Positions 25,694 through 34,965 of a DNA stretch of 64,000 nucleotides are shown piece after piece (position 1 is the first letter of the stretch; every line of letters begins with the position of its first letter). A program made the position numbers and the translations under genes. Below the pieces are notes generated by a model, which did not search any database, was not told the DNA's origin, and was given only the letters and a program-made list of their open reading frames with translations. The DNA is from Beijerinckiaceae bacterium (lineage in GTDB: Bacteria; Pseudomonadota; Alphaproteobacteria; Rhizobiales; Beijerinckiaceae), in contig JARLIW010000226.1 of assembly GCA_031291515.1 (NCBI GenBank), positions 935 to 64,934 on the forward strand. The letters run 5' to 3'.

Positions 25694-26512
25694 ATGAGCG
25701 AAGCAACAAGTGGAAATGGACCGAAGGGCACCGCGGTCGTCACGGGCGCCTCGGCGGGAATCGGAAAAGTCTATGCGAACCGGCTTGCCGCGCGCGGTTA
25801 CGATCTCATTCTCGTCGCCCGTCGTGGCGACCGGCTTGCCGATGTCGCGGCGCCGCTTCGCGAGCAATTCGGCGTCAAGGTCGAACCCGTCGTTGCCGAC
25901 CTCGGCAATGACGTGGATCTCGAGAAGGTCGCCACCAAGATTGCCGGCGACGCGAGCGTGACGTTGCTCGTCAATAACGCGGGTACGGCGACGTTCGGGC
26001 CCGTCGCGCAGACGGAACTCGGCGCCATCGATGCCATGAACGATGTCAACCTGACGGCCCTCGTTCGTCTCAGCCGCGCGGTCTTGCCAGGGTTCAAGAC
26101 GCGCGATCATGGCACGATCATCAATATCGGGTCGGTGCTCGGATTCGCGGCGCTTCAATTCAGCACGGTCTATAGCGGCACCAAGGCCTATGTTCAGTTT
26201 TTTACGCGCGGTCTCCAGACCGAGGTGGCGGGATCGAATGTGAGGGTTCAGCTCGTCTGTCCCGCCGCGACCGCGACGGACCTCTGGGAGATTTCCGGCG
26301 TGCCGGTCACGCGACTCGATCCGGCGACGGTCATGACCTCCGAGAATATGGTCGATGCGGCGCTGGCCGGATTGGATCTCGGCGAGGCCGTCACGCTGCC
26401 CTCGGTCGAGAATCCCGCGCCGTTGTTGGCGGCCTATGAAGCGGCCGCGGGGGCGGTTCTCGCCTCGTCGCAAAACGGCAAGCCGGCCTCGCGGTATAAG
26501 ATCGCGGGGTAA
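25694..26512 (+). CDS. short-chain dehydrogenase/reductase
   Basis: TGASAGIG, NNAG, YSGTK. Confidence 0.93.
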   Translation: MSEATSGNGPKGTAVVTGASAGIGKVYANRLAARGYDLILVARRGDRLADVAAPLREQFGVKVEPVVADLGNDVDLEKVATKIAGDASVTLLVNNAGTATFGPVAQTELGAIDAMNDVNLTALVRLSRAVLPGFKTRDHGTIINIGSVLGFAALQFSTVYSGTKAYVQFFTRGLQTEVAGSNVRVQLVCPAATATDLWEISGVPVTRLDPATVMTSENMVDAALAGLDLGEAVTLPSVENPAPLLAAYEAAAGAVLASSQNGKPASRYKIAG

Positions 26513-26528
26513 ACGGCGAGCAAGCCGA

Positions 26529-28748
26529 TCAGGGCCCCGGCGGCGGCGTAACGCCGTTCGGGTTGCCGCTGCTCATGGGGTCGCGCATGTGGTCCACCAT
26601 GCCAGAGGGCATGCCCGTAATATCGTCCATCACGAGCTGGTTCATGGCGCATATGAAGGAGGTCAGGCGGTAGCCGTCGTGACGCGACAAGGCATTGTCG
26701 AAGGCGCGCATGTTCCAGAACGGATCGTTGCCCCGGGTGATCGCGGCGGTTCCGCTCAACGCGAAACCATGAACGAATTCCGCCGCCGGACGGCCCTCGC
26801 CGGTCGCGCCAGGCGTCGCGGGCCCAAGGCTCTCGCTATCCCAATACGCGCCCAACCGATCGGCGCGGTTGGCGCGCGCGCGCGCGAGCCAATGGTTTGA
26901 GGCCGGACATGTGAGCGGCGCGTCGGCGAGCGTCGCGTAGGGATGGTGCTTTTCGAATCCGGCCTCGTGCAGGCCCAACAGTTCATGGGTCGTACCGAAA
27001 GGCGCGGCCGACGGGAGGTCGTCGGCGAGCAGGCCTTCGGCGGGGCGCGGCGGATCGACATGGCCGATCGTATGCGACTGTTCGCGGGCCGAATTCTGAA
27101 ACGGGAACGTCGCGGCGAGCAGCGCCAGCGTATGAAGCGGCAGGGCCTTCATCTCCGCGAACCAGCTCGGGCGGCCGGGCTTGGCGCAGGTCTGGCCGGG
27201 CGGCTGGTGCCCTTCGATCCGCGCGGCGATCCGTTCGAGATAATCAGCGGCGGGTCGGAAATCGAGCTTGAACGTCGGGAAGAGATCGTGGGTCGCCCAA
27301 TCGTAGTCGATCCCATTGTCGAACATCGAGTCGCTCTTGGCCAAGCGCTCGCGAATCTTCGTCCGCGCGGCCGCGTATTTATCGTCGATATCGAGGCCGA
27401 TCCATTCACAATCGCCCTCGCGCAATCCGCCGGCGGGGAACGCCAAGGCCGCCGTCACCGAGACGATGACCGGTTTTTGCGTCGCGGGGAAAAAGCCGGT
27501 TTCGCGCGTCACATCGGCCATGGAGGTGTTTTCGTCGGTATGGAACGCGATCCGGCTCCAGACTTCGCGCTGCGTCGCGGTCCATTTCGCGGCCTCGGCG
27601 GCGGGATTGATCAAGACGACGAGGTCGCCGAGCACCGGCGGCAACGTCTCGCCGAATTTGTGGCGTCGCACGGATTTAATGAGATCGTCCTGTAATCCGG
27701 TCGCGAGCATATTGCCGCCGAGACTGTGGCCGAAGACGATCATTTTATTGTGCCGCTCGGGCGCGCCGGGTTCGCGAGCGGTCAGCACGCTTTCGAGCGT
27801 CCGCAGGGCCGAAATCGCGGCGGGGGCGACTTGTTCGCTGACCGGTTTGCGATCGAACAATGTCGCGCCGGCGGACAAATTGCCGAGAAAGCCGCCGATG
27901 GTGGACCCGAACAGGTTCGACAGGCCTGGTTCGTCGACGCGCGCGCCGCGCCAGCCGACATAGATCGCGGTGACCTTCATATCGCAATAGGCCGGGTCCG
28001 ACGGGCAGCGCTCCGCGAGAAAGCGTGCCGCATGGGCCGCGTAAAGTCGCAGATCAGCGACGTTCTGATCGCCGATCCGCGCATCGTGGCGCCACCCGTG
28101 AATGAAGACGATGACATAATGCGATCCCGTCGCGAGATGCTGCTTGAGCACGTCGAGCTGGGTGATGATGGGCCGCACGGCCGAGGCCGGCTTGTGGGTC
28201 GCGTGCATCTGGAATTCCATGGCGTGGCGCAGCATCGCGCTCGTCACGGGCTTGTCGCCATGGGCATCGTTGGAGACGAGCGCATAGGGCTCGCCGTCTT
28301 CTTGAAATTCAAGAAAGCCGAGATTGTAATCGACGGGCTTTCCGGCGGGCACGGTGGAGGGAATCACGTGGCGTTGCAGCGCGCATCGCAGCGCCGTGGG
28401 CCAGGGACCGTTCTTGGCGGCGACGGCGGCTTCGTCATTGCTCGGGTCGGCCCAGCCGTCGTCGTCGTCCTGCTCGGCCGCTCGCAATTTTTCGCGCCCG
28501 GTTTCGGCGAGCACGGTCCATCCCGTGGCAAGACCATCCGCGCAGACCCGGACGCTGGGGTCGAGGTTGCGATAAGCATGGACCTTCGGCGTCGAAAGCA
28601 CGACGTAATTGATGAAGAATACCGAGAGGAAAATCAGGCCAACGCCGAAGACGAGCGATGTGAGGCCGCGGACGATCCGCAAGTAGGAGCGCCAGATTTT
28701 GTACAGAATCCTGCCGCCCCTTGGGCTCGGTCCGTCATTCGCGGTCAT
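26529..28748 (-). CDS. membrane-anchored alpha/beta-hydrolase-like hypothetical protein
   Basis: N-terminal TM helix; VFIHGW, YVGWRG, FGHSLGG nucleophile elbow, LINPAAEA. Confidence 0.7.
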   Translation of the reverse strand: MTANDGPSPRGGRILYKIWRSYLRIVRGLTSLVFGVGLIFLSVFFINYVVLSTPKVHAYRNLDPSVRVCADGLATGWTVLAETGREKLRAAEQDDDDGWADPSNDEAAVAAKNGPWPTALRCALQRHVIPSTVPAGKPVDYNLGFLEFQEDGEPYALVSNDAHGDKPVTSAMLRHAMEFQMHATHKPASAVRPIITQLDVLKQHLATGSHYVIVFIHGWRHDARIGDQNVADLRLYAAHAARFLAERCPSDPAYCDMKVTAIYVGWRGARVDEPGLSNLFGSTIGGFLGNLSAGATLFDRKPVSEQVAPAAISALRTLESVLTAREPGAPERHNKMIVFGHSLGGNMLATGLQDDLIKSVRRHKFGETLPPVLGDLVVLINPAAEAAKWTATQREVWSRIAFHTDENTSMADVTRETGFFPATQKPVIVSVTAALAFPAGGLREGDCEWIGLDIDDKYAAARTKIRERLAKSDSMFDNGIDYDWATHDLFPTFKLDFRPAADYLERIAARIEGHQPPGQTCAKPGRPSWFAEMKALPLHTLALLAATFPFQNSAREQSHTIGHVDPPRPAEGLLADDLPSAAPFGTTHELLGLHEAGFEKHHPYATLADAPLTCPASNHWLARARANRADRLGAYWDSESLGPATPGATGEGRPAAEFVHGFALSGTAAITRGNDPFWNMRAFDNALSRHDGYRLTSFICAMNQLVMDDITGMPSGMVDHMRDPMSSGNPNGVTPPPGP

Positions 28749-28915
28749 TGCATCCGTCTCGCCATGCCTTTGTCATACCGGGTTTTCGTGACAATTTGCA
28801 GCCACGTTACGCGAGACGGCCGTTTGACCGCGATCATGACGTTTGTGCCTCGCGGGCCTTCCCTTCGGGGATCCGCCCCAGCGAAGTTCGGACCATCCGC
28901 GAGGCCCGGGACGAC

Positions 28916-29842
28916 CTAGGCGAGCGGCGGGAAGCTCACGCCTGTCAGCTCTTCGGAAACGGTCCAAAGCCGCTGCCGCGTCTCGATATTTTTGGCCTGC
29001 GGCGCGATCTTGGCGAGAGCGGGCGCACCGCGCAGTTCCGCGAATCCGTCCGGTCCCCAATATTGACCGCCGTACGCGTCGGGCATGGTCGCGGCATAGA
29101 GACCGGGCAAAGCACCGTGGGCGGAATCCTGACCGAAGATCTTGAGAACGAGGTTGCCGACCGCTTCTAGATAGGCCGGTTGGCCGATGGCGGAGAGAAA
29201 GCCCGTGGCGGCAATGCCGGGATGGGCGCCGAGGCTCGCGAGTTTCGAGGATGCGGCGCGGGCGCGGGCGTCGAGTTCGAGCGCGAACATGAGGTTGGCG
29301 AGCTTGGATTGGGCATAGATTTTCATGCCGGCATAGGCGCGTTCGGCTTGGAGATTGGCGAAATCGATTTGGCCGCGCTTGTGCGCAATGCTTGCGATCG
29401 TGACGACGCGAGGCGCGGGCGCGCGGAGCAGGGCGGGGACGAGCAGGCCGGTCAACGCGAAATGTCCGAGGTGATTGGTGCCGAACTGCCGCTCGAAACC
29501 GTCCTTGGTGACGGCGCGCGCGGCCTGCAGCCCGAGGCCGGCGTTGTTGAGGAGTATGTCTATTTTCGGCTGCGTGGCATGGGTCCGCTCCGCGAAGGCG
29601 CGGATGCTGGCGAGATCGGCGAGGTCGAGCATGGAGACGCTGACTTTGGCGCCAGGATGCCTCCCGAGAATCCGCGCGCGGACAATGTCGCCCCGCGCGT
29701 GATTGCGGACGGCGAGGATGACGTCGGCCCCCTTGGCGGCCAGGTCTTCCGCCGCCGCCGCGCCAATGCCGCTACTCGCGCCGGTTATGATGACGATCTT
29801 TCCGGATTGGCTCGGAATCTCTTGGGCGGTCCATGCGGGCAT
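28916..29842 (-). CDS. SDR oxidoreductase (retinol-dehydrogenase-like)
   Basis: TGASSGIG, NNAG, FGTNHLGHF, YAQSKLAN. Confidence 0.93.
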   Translation of the reverse strand: MPAWTAQEIPSQSGKIVIITGASSGIGAAAAEDLAAKGADVILAVRNHARGDIVRARILGRHPGAKVSVSMLDLADLASIRAFAERTHATQPKIDILLNNAGLGLQAARAVTKDGFERQFGTNHLGHFALTGLLVPALLRAPAPRVVTIASIAHKRGQIDFANLQAERAYAGMKIYAQSKLANLMFALELDARARAASSKLASLGAHPGIAATGFLSAIGQPAYLEAVGNLVLKIFGQDSAHGALPGLYAATMPDAYGGQYWGPDGFAELRGAPALAKIAPQAKNIETRQRLWTVSEELTGVSFPPLA

Positions 29843-30001
29843 GCGGAACTCCTGTGAAGGCCGGACGATCCGGCGCGCTTCATATGGGGATGGTCCGATC
29901 GATGCGCGCGGGAGACTTCGGCATCATCGCGGTAAATTCGCCAGAGCGCCAATTTCTTTCAAAAAGCGGCTTGCGGCGCCGCGTCGATCGAAGCTATGAC
30001 G

Positions 30002-30019
30002 GTTATGTCATAACATAAC
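30002..30019. promoter_or_regulatory. Zur-box-like palindrome
   Basis: GTTATGTCATAACATAAC; core close to ATGTTATAACAT; directly upstream of the TonB-dependent receptor. Confidence 0.65.
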
Positions 30020-30039
30020 ATATGCCGACGGAGCGTTCG

Positions 30040-32316
30040 ATGTCGCGTCCCTCTTTTCACCCTTTTGCTCGCGCCCCGCTTTTCATGGCGTTCGTGCCCT
30101 TGGCGATTTCGCTGCCTCTTGGCGCCGTGGCGCAGACGGCCCTTCCGCCCGTGACGGTCATCGAGGCCGCGAAGGCGAAGACGAAGCCGGCACCACTCAA
30201 AAAGCGCGCCCGCCAGGCCCGCGCGGGCCAAGAACGAACGGCCCACGCCGCGCCCGCGAGCGCTGGCCTCGCGTCGCCATCCAGCGTCGGCGGTCCGTCC
30301 GCGCCGATCGCCGCCCAGACCGCTGAAACGGCGGCGCGGGCGCAGCGCGAACAGATCCTGCCCAAGGCCGGCGCCAATACCTATACGCTCGACAAGAGCG
30401 CCATCGAGACGCTGCCCCAGGGCGACAATACGACGATCGACCGCGTCTTGCTGCAAGCACCGGGCGTCTCGCAGGATTCCGCGGCGAGCGGCGATCTCCA
30501 TATCCGCAACGAACACGCCAATCTGCAATACCGCGTCAACGGGATCCTGCTGCCGGACGGCGTTTCCGGCTTTAGCCAGGCGATCGATACCAGTCTGATC
30601 AAGAGCCTCGCGGTGATCGATGGCGCCTTGCCGGCGCAATATGGCCTGCATACGGCCGGTCTCATCGACATTCAGACTCGCGACGGCGCCGATCAGCCGG
30701 GCGGCACGGTTGGGATTTATGGCGGCAGCCATGGAACGATCACACCCACGCTGACCTATTCGGGAACGGCGGGCCGCTGGGACTATTTCGTCACCGGCCG
30801 CTACGTCACCAATAGTCTCGGCATCGAAAATCCGACGTCGAGCGCGGAGGCGATCCACGACCGAACCCGGCAGGGCGACTATTTCGCTTATGTCTCGGGG
30901 CTCCTCGAGGATAATTCGCGCCTGACCTTCATGTCGGGCGCGTCGATCTCGGCCTATCAAATCCCGAATTCGCCGGGCCAGCCGCCGCAATTTACCGCCT
31001 ATGGCGTCAGCAATTTCGACTCGTCGACGATCAACGAAAACCAAGTCGAACGCTCCATCTACAATATCCTCGCCTGGCAGAAGAATTTTGGCGCGCTCGA
31101 TAGTCAGATCTCTTATTTCCAACGCTATAGCAGCCTGCGTTTCGTGCCAGATACCATTGGCGATCTCGTGTTCAACGGGGTTGCCTCGGATGTGACGCGG
31201 ACGAGCCTCGTCAATGGGATCCAGGGGGATAATTCCTACCGTATCGACGCGAAGGATACATTGCGCTTCGGATTTACCGCCGATGTCGAGCATGCGACGG
31301 CCATCAACAATTCCGTCGTCCTCCCCTTGGACGCTTTCGGCAATCCGATCGATGCGCCGTTTGGCATCGCCGACAGCGAAGGCAAGACGGGGGAAGTGGC
31401 CGGCTTCTATGTCCAAAACGAATATAAACTGACGCCGCAACTCACGGTCAATGGCGGCCTGCGCTTCGATACGATGCAGGAATATGTGAGCGCGAGTCAG
31501 CTGAGCCCGCGGCTGAGTTTGGTTTACAAACCGTTCGAAGACACGACGTTCCATATCGGCTATGCGCGCTATTTCACGCCGCCGGAGCTCGCGCTTTCCG
31601 CGCCGACACCGTTAGCGAGCTATGCCAATACGACGCTCGCGGCGGGCGTCAATCAGGATAGTCCGGTGCGGCCCGAACGCTCTCATTTCTTCGACGCCGG
31701 CGTCACGCAGCGCGTCTTGCCAGGCCTCGATGCCGGGGTGGACGTCTATTACAAGATCGCCACGAACCTCATCGACGACGGCCAGTTTGGCCAGGCTCTG
31801 GTCTTGACCGCGTTCAATTACGCGCGGGCCTATAACGATGGCGTGGAATTCAAATTGAACTATGCGCACGATGGTTTCAGGGCCTACGGCAATCTCGCCA
31901 TTGCCCAGCAACGCGCGACCCAGGTGTCGTCGAACCAATATCTCTTCTCGCCGGCCGAAATCGGCTATATCGCCAATAATTACATCTACACCGATCATGA
32001 CCAGTTGATCACGGCTTCGGGCGGCGCGTCTTACGATTTCCAGGGCACCAAAGTCAGTCTCGACGGGATTTTCGGCAGCGGCTTGCGCAACGGGTTCGCC
32101 AATACCGGCACCGTGGCGCCTTACGCGACCGCCAATCTCGGCGTGACGCGCGATTTTGTCGTCGCGCCAAACGGCAAGCCGTTGACGGTAAGATTCACGG
32201 TCGTGAACCTCACTGACGCGGTCTACGAGATCCGCGACGGATCGGGGATCGGCGTTTTCGCGCCGCAATATGGGCAGCGGCGTGGGTTTTTCGCGGGCGT
32301 CAGTCAGCGGTTCTGA
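30040..32316 (+). CDS. TonB-dependent receptor
   Basis: Signal peptide; TonB-box-like LPPVTV; plug (APGV..HIRNEH..VNG); barrel; C-terminal Phe. Confidence 0.92.
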   Translation: MSRPSFHPFARAPLFMAFVPLAISLPLGAVAQTALPPVTVIEAAKAKTKPAPLKKRARQARAGQERTAHAAPASAGLASPSSVGGPSAPIAAQTAETAARAQREQILPKAGANTYTLDKSAIETLPQGDNTTIDRVLLQAPGVSQDSAASGDLHIRNEHANLQYRVNGILLPDGVSGFSQAIDTSLIKSLAVIDGALPAQYGLHTAGLIDIQTRDGADQPGGTVGIYGGSHGTITPTLTYSGTAGRWDYFVTGRYVTNSLGIENPTSSAEAIHDRTRQGDYFAYVSGLLEDNSRLTFMSGASISAYQIPNSPGQPPQFTAYGVSNFDSSTINENQVERSIYNILAWQKNFGALDSQISYFQRYSSLRFVPDTIGDLVFNGVASDVTRTSLVNGIQGDNSYRIDAKDTLRFGFTADVEHATAINNSVVLPLDAFGNPIDAPFGIADSEGKTGEVAGFYVQNEYKLTPQLTVNGGLRFDTMQEYVSASQLSPRLSLVYKPFEDTTFHIGYARYFTPPELALSAPTPLASYANTTLAAGVNQDSPVRPERSHFFDAGVTQRVLPGLDAGVDVYYKIATNLIDDGQFGQALVLTAFNYARAYNDGVEFKLNYAHDGFRAYGNLAIAQQRATQVSSNQYLFSPAEIGYIANNYIYTDHDQLITASGGASYDFQGTKVSLDGIFGSGLRNGFANTGTVAPYATANLGVTRDFVVAPNGKPLTVRFTVVNLTDAVYEIRDGSGIGVFAPQYGQRRGFFAGVSQRF

Positions 32317-33095
32317 TGCGCGCGCGCGCTCCGTTTGATCTGCTTTGGCAGCCGTCTCCGTTTGTGGAAATAGGGCGCTACGCGTTGGCTTCCGTTGTCG
32401 TGCTGGCGCTTGCGGGCGGCGTCGTGGCTTGGGTCGATGGCCGGGCGCCGGAGGGACCGGCGGTATCCGGGCTCGAGGACGCCGTTCTTCTCGATTTGCC
32501 GCCGGCGCTCGCCTCGTCCGCGCCGGTGAGCGATGCCGTCGATGGGCCGAAACAGCAAGCCTCCGAAGCCGTGCCGCCCGCGCCGCCCGTCAAGGAGACC
32601 GATCCGCCGGCCGAAGCGAAGCGCGACGACGAGGACGTCAAACCAACGCCCGTGGATCGCGGAGACATTGTGGCGCCGACGCCGAAACCGGAGCCCGTGC
32701 CTCCTCCGGTCGCCGCGACGCCGGCGCGGCAGGAGATGGCGCCCGCTAGCTCGTTGGCGCCCGTGACGGATGCCGATCCCATCGATAGCGAAGCCACCAA
32801 ACGCCGGGCGGCACAAGCTTTGACGCAGTGGCAAAAGGCGATGTTGAGCCGGCTCGAGGCCGCGAAAGCCGGAACGAAAACCAATGGGCTTGCCGGAACT
32901 GTCGAAATTGCCTTCAGAATTGACCGAGGAGGACGCCTTCTCGCGCTTCGGATCGCGCGGAGTTCCGGGGCGTCGCCTCTCGATCAAGCCGCGCTTGGCT
33001 TGGTGAGACACGCCGCGCCCTTTCCCGTCCCGCCCTCTGGAATCACCGAGACGTCTCTGAGCTTCACGGTGCCCGTCGTGTTCGCGCGGAGGTGA
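32316..33095 (+). CDS. TonB-family energy transducer
   Basis: TM helix, Pro-rich linker, G.V.IAF.IDR.G..RSSG..LDQAA..AAPFPVPP. Confidence 0.85.
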   Translation: MRARAPFDLLWQPSPFVEIGRYALASVVVLALAGGVVAWVDGRAPEGPAVSGLEDAVLLDLPPALASSAPVSDAVDGPKQQASEAVPPAPPVKETDPPAEAKRDDEDVKPTPVDRGDIVAPTPKPEPVPPPVAATPARQEMAPASSLAPVTDADPIDSEATKRRAAQALTQWQKAMLSRLEAAKAGTKTNGLAGTVEIAFRIDRGGRLLALRIARSSGASPLDQAALGLVRHAAPFPVPPSGITETSLSFTVPVVFARR

Positions 33096-33146
33096 GAATG
33101 GATTGCCGAATTATTTTGCCGCGCTCATGTCCTGGGTCCTGGATTG

Positions 33147-33162
33147 TTAAACGCGATTTAAC
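33147..33162 (+). promoter_or_regulatory. consensus CtrA box
   Basis: TTAA-ACGCGAT-TTAAC, a perfect TTAA-N7-TTAAC. Confidence 0.7.
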
Positions 33163-33294
33163 GACGTTTACGCCGAAAATTACATAAAATGCCGACAAAT
33201 ATTCGATCGCTAAAATTTGAAGGATCGCGGTAATCCGAATTCAAAGCAGGGGGTGTTGAAATACAGGAATTGAAACGGCCAACCCGGATAAAAT

Positions 33295-33552
33295 ATGTCT
33301 TCCGTCACTGAACCCAACGCAACGGCGCCAAATGGCGACGCCGGAGCTCTTTATTCCGCCCTCCCTTCGTTTTTCGTGTCTCCTGATCCAAGCGGCGACG
33401 CGGAAGGGGATGACGCGCTTCAAGCCGCCCCAGGATTTGATCCTTTGGTGCTTCCCGTCCAAGCAACCGAACAGCATCCAACAGCGCATTGGCGCGTCGC
33501 CAGCGATGGCCGTCTCGTCAGTTCCTGGAGCAACGACGAACTGGACGCATGA
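33295..33552 (+). CDS. small acidic hypothetical protein
   Basis: 85-aa ORF filling the gap behind the CtrA box; C-terminal HWRVASDGRLVSSW. Confidence 0.5.
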   Translation: MSSVTEPNATAPNGDAGALYSALPSFFVSPDPSGDAEGDDALQAAPGFDPLVLPVQATEQHPTAHWRVASDGRLVSSWSNDELDA

Positions 33553-33618
33553 ACGATGCCGCGCCGCCGATCCGCGGCGCGGGTGCCGTTCGCGAGACAG
33601 CGGGCTCTCAAAGAGCGT

Positions 33619-34056
33619 TCAGCTCGCGCTGCCCGCCGATTGAGCCGCGGCTTCGGGCAAGTGATCGGCGAGGTGCTTGAGAAAATCATCGATCGGCAGG
33701 CCCGCTGATGCCGCGAGCTGATGCACCTGTTCGCTCCCGAGCGCGGTTTTGATTTGCTCGGGCGAGATCGGAAGATTTTTGTTGTTGCTGAGCCACGAGC
33801 TGACTTCCTCGCCAAGTCCGTTGGCCGCCAAGGTTTCGAGCGTCGAGGCCAGGCTGCCCGTATTTGGCGCCGTGGTGTTCGCGCCGGGTTGAGCGCCGCC
33901 GCCGAGACCGCCGAGAAGCTGGCCGATGATCGCGCTGCTCTGACCGCCGACGCCTTGTTGTAAAAGATTGCCGAGGATATTTTTGGCGCCTTCGCCCGAT
34001 TGGTCATTGCCAAGCGCGTTGCCGACGGTGTTCACGATATTATCGAACAATCCCAT
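33619..34056 (-). CDS. YidB/DUF937 family protein
   Basis: MGLFD.., GLGEEVSSW.S..NLPISPEQI..LG, L..HLP. Confidence 0.88.
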   Translation of the reverse strand: MGLFDNIVNTVGNALGNDQSGEGAKNILGNLLQQGVGGQSSAIIGQLLGGLGGGAQPGANTTAPNTGSLASTLETLAANGLGEEVSSWLSNNKNLPISPEQIKTALGSEQVHQLAASAGLPIDDFLKHLADHLPEAAAQSAGSAS

Positions 34057-34191
34057 GGTCGCCTCCATCAATTCGCATGCGTTTCCAATTCACATGCGCT
34101 TCCTCTTGGAACGCTTCGCATTGGCTTGGTTCGAAGTCCAGGGCATAGTGTTCCTTCGTTAGACTCAATGATCCGACAGAAATGTGACGTT

Positions 34192-34965
34192 TTAAATTCC
34201 ATTCACGACCGTGGCATCGAGAAAGGGCGCTTCGCCGCCATCGTCTTTCAAGGCAACGCCCGTGACGTTGCGGCGCAGCGCCTCGCCGGTCAACCAGAGC
34301 AGCCTATCCGCCGCTTGCGCGGACGTGAGACCGCCATGGGGATGGATGTTCGAGATGCAATTCCGCTCGGAATCGCGGCGTCCCACCCGGGGGCCGTAAG
34401 TGAGATAGACGCCGAGGCTGTCGGCAACGCTCAATCCGGGTCGTTCGCCGATCACGCTCGCGCAAATCCGGGCGCCCAATAAAGCGCCGACCTCGTCGGC
34501 CAGCGCGACGCGGGCCTGGGTCGCGATGACGAGCGGCCCGATGCGCCAGCGCGTGAAGCGCTCGAGACAGGCTTGTACGAAAGGCACCGCATGGTCGCGC
34601 ACGGCCGTGGCGGACAGACCATCGGAAATCACGAAAACAACATCGCAGGCGGAACCGGCCGAAGCCTCGAGCAGGGCGCGGGAATCTGGGTCGAGTTGCC
34701 GCCCGAGATCGGGACGGCGAAGATAGGCGGCGCGGTTCGGGGCGGCGCTCTTGACCTGCAAAATTGCCCGGCCCGGGAAGGCCGCCGCGATCGCCTCGGT
34801 GTCGAGCGCGGCATGGACGGCGTCTCGCGCCTTGGCATGGGCGAATTGGAAATCGAGCACGGTTTTGAGGGGGGGCGCATCGCCGGCGCGGCCAAGCCCA
34901 ATCCGTGCCGGGGTCATGTGGCGCAGCGGACCCCACGGGTCGGGCGCGGTGAGGCTGTCGGTCAT
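34192..34965 (-). CDS. eutC: ethanolamine ammonia-lyase light chain
   Basis: TPARIGLGRAG, HAKARDAV, YLRRPDLGR, IGERPGLS, RNCISNI. Confidence 0.96.
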   Translation of the reverse strand: MTDSLTAPDPWGPLRHMTPARIGLGRAGDAPPLKTVLDFQFAHAKARDAVHAALDTEAIAAAFPGRAILQVKSAAPNRAAYLRRPDLGRQLDPDSRALLEASAGSACDVVFVISDGLSATAVRDHAVPFVQACLERFTRWRIGPLVIATQARVALADEVGALLGARICASVIGERPGLSVADSLGVYLTYGPRVGRRDSERNCISNIHPHGGLTSAQAADRLLWLTGEALRRNVTGVALKDDGGEAPFLDATVVNGI

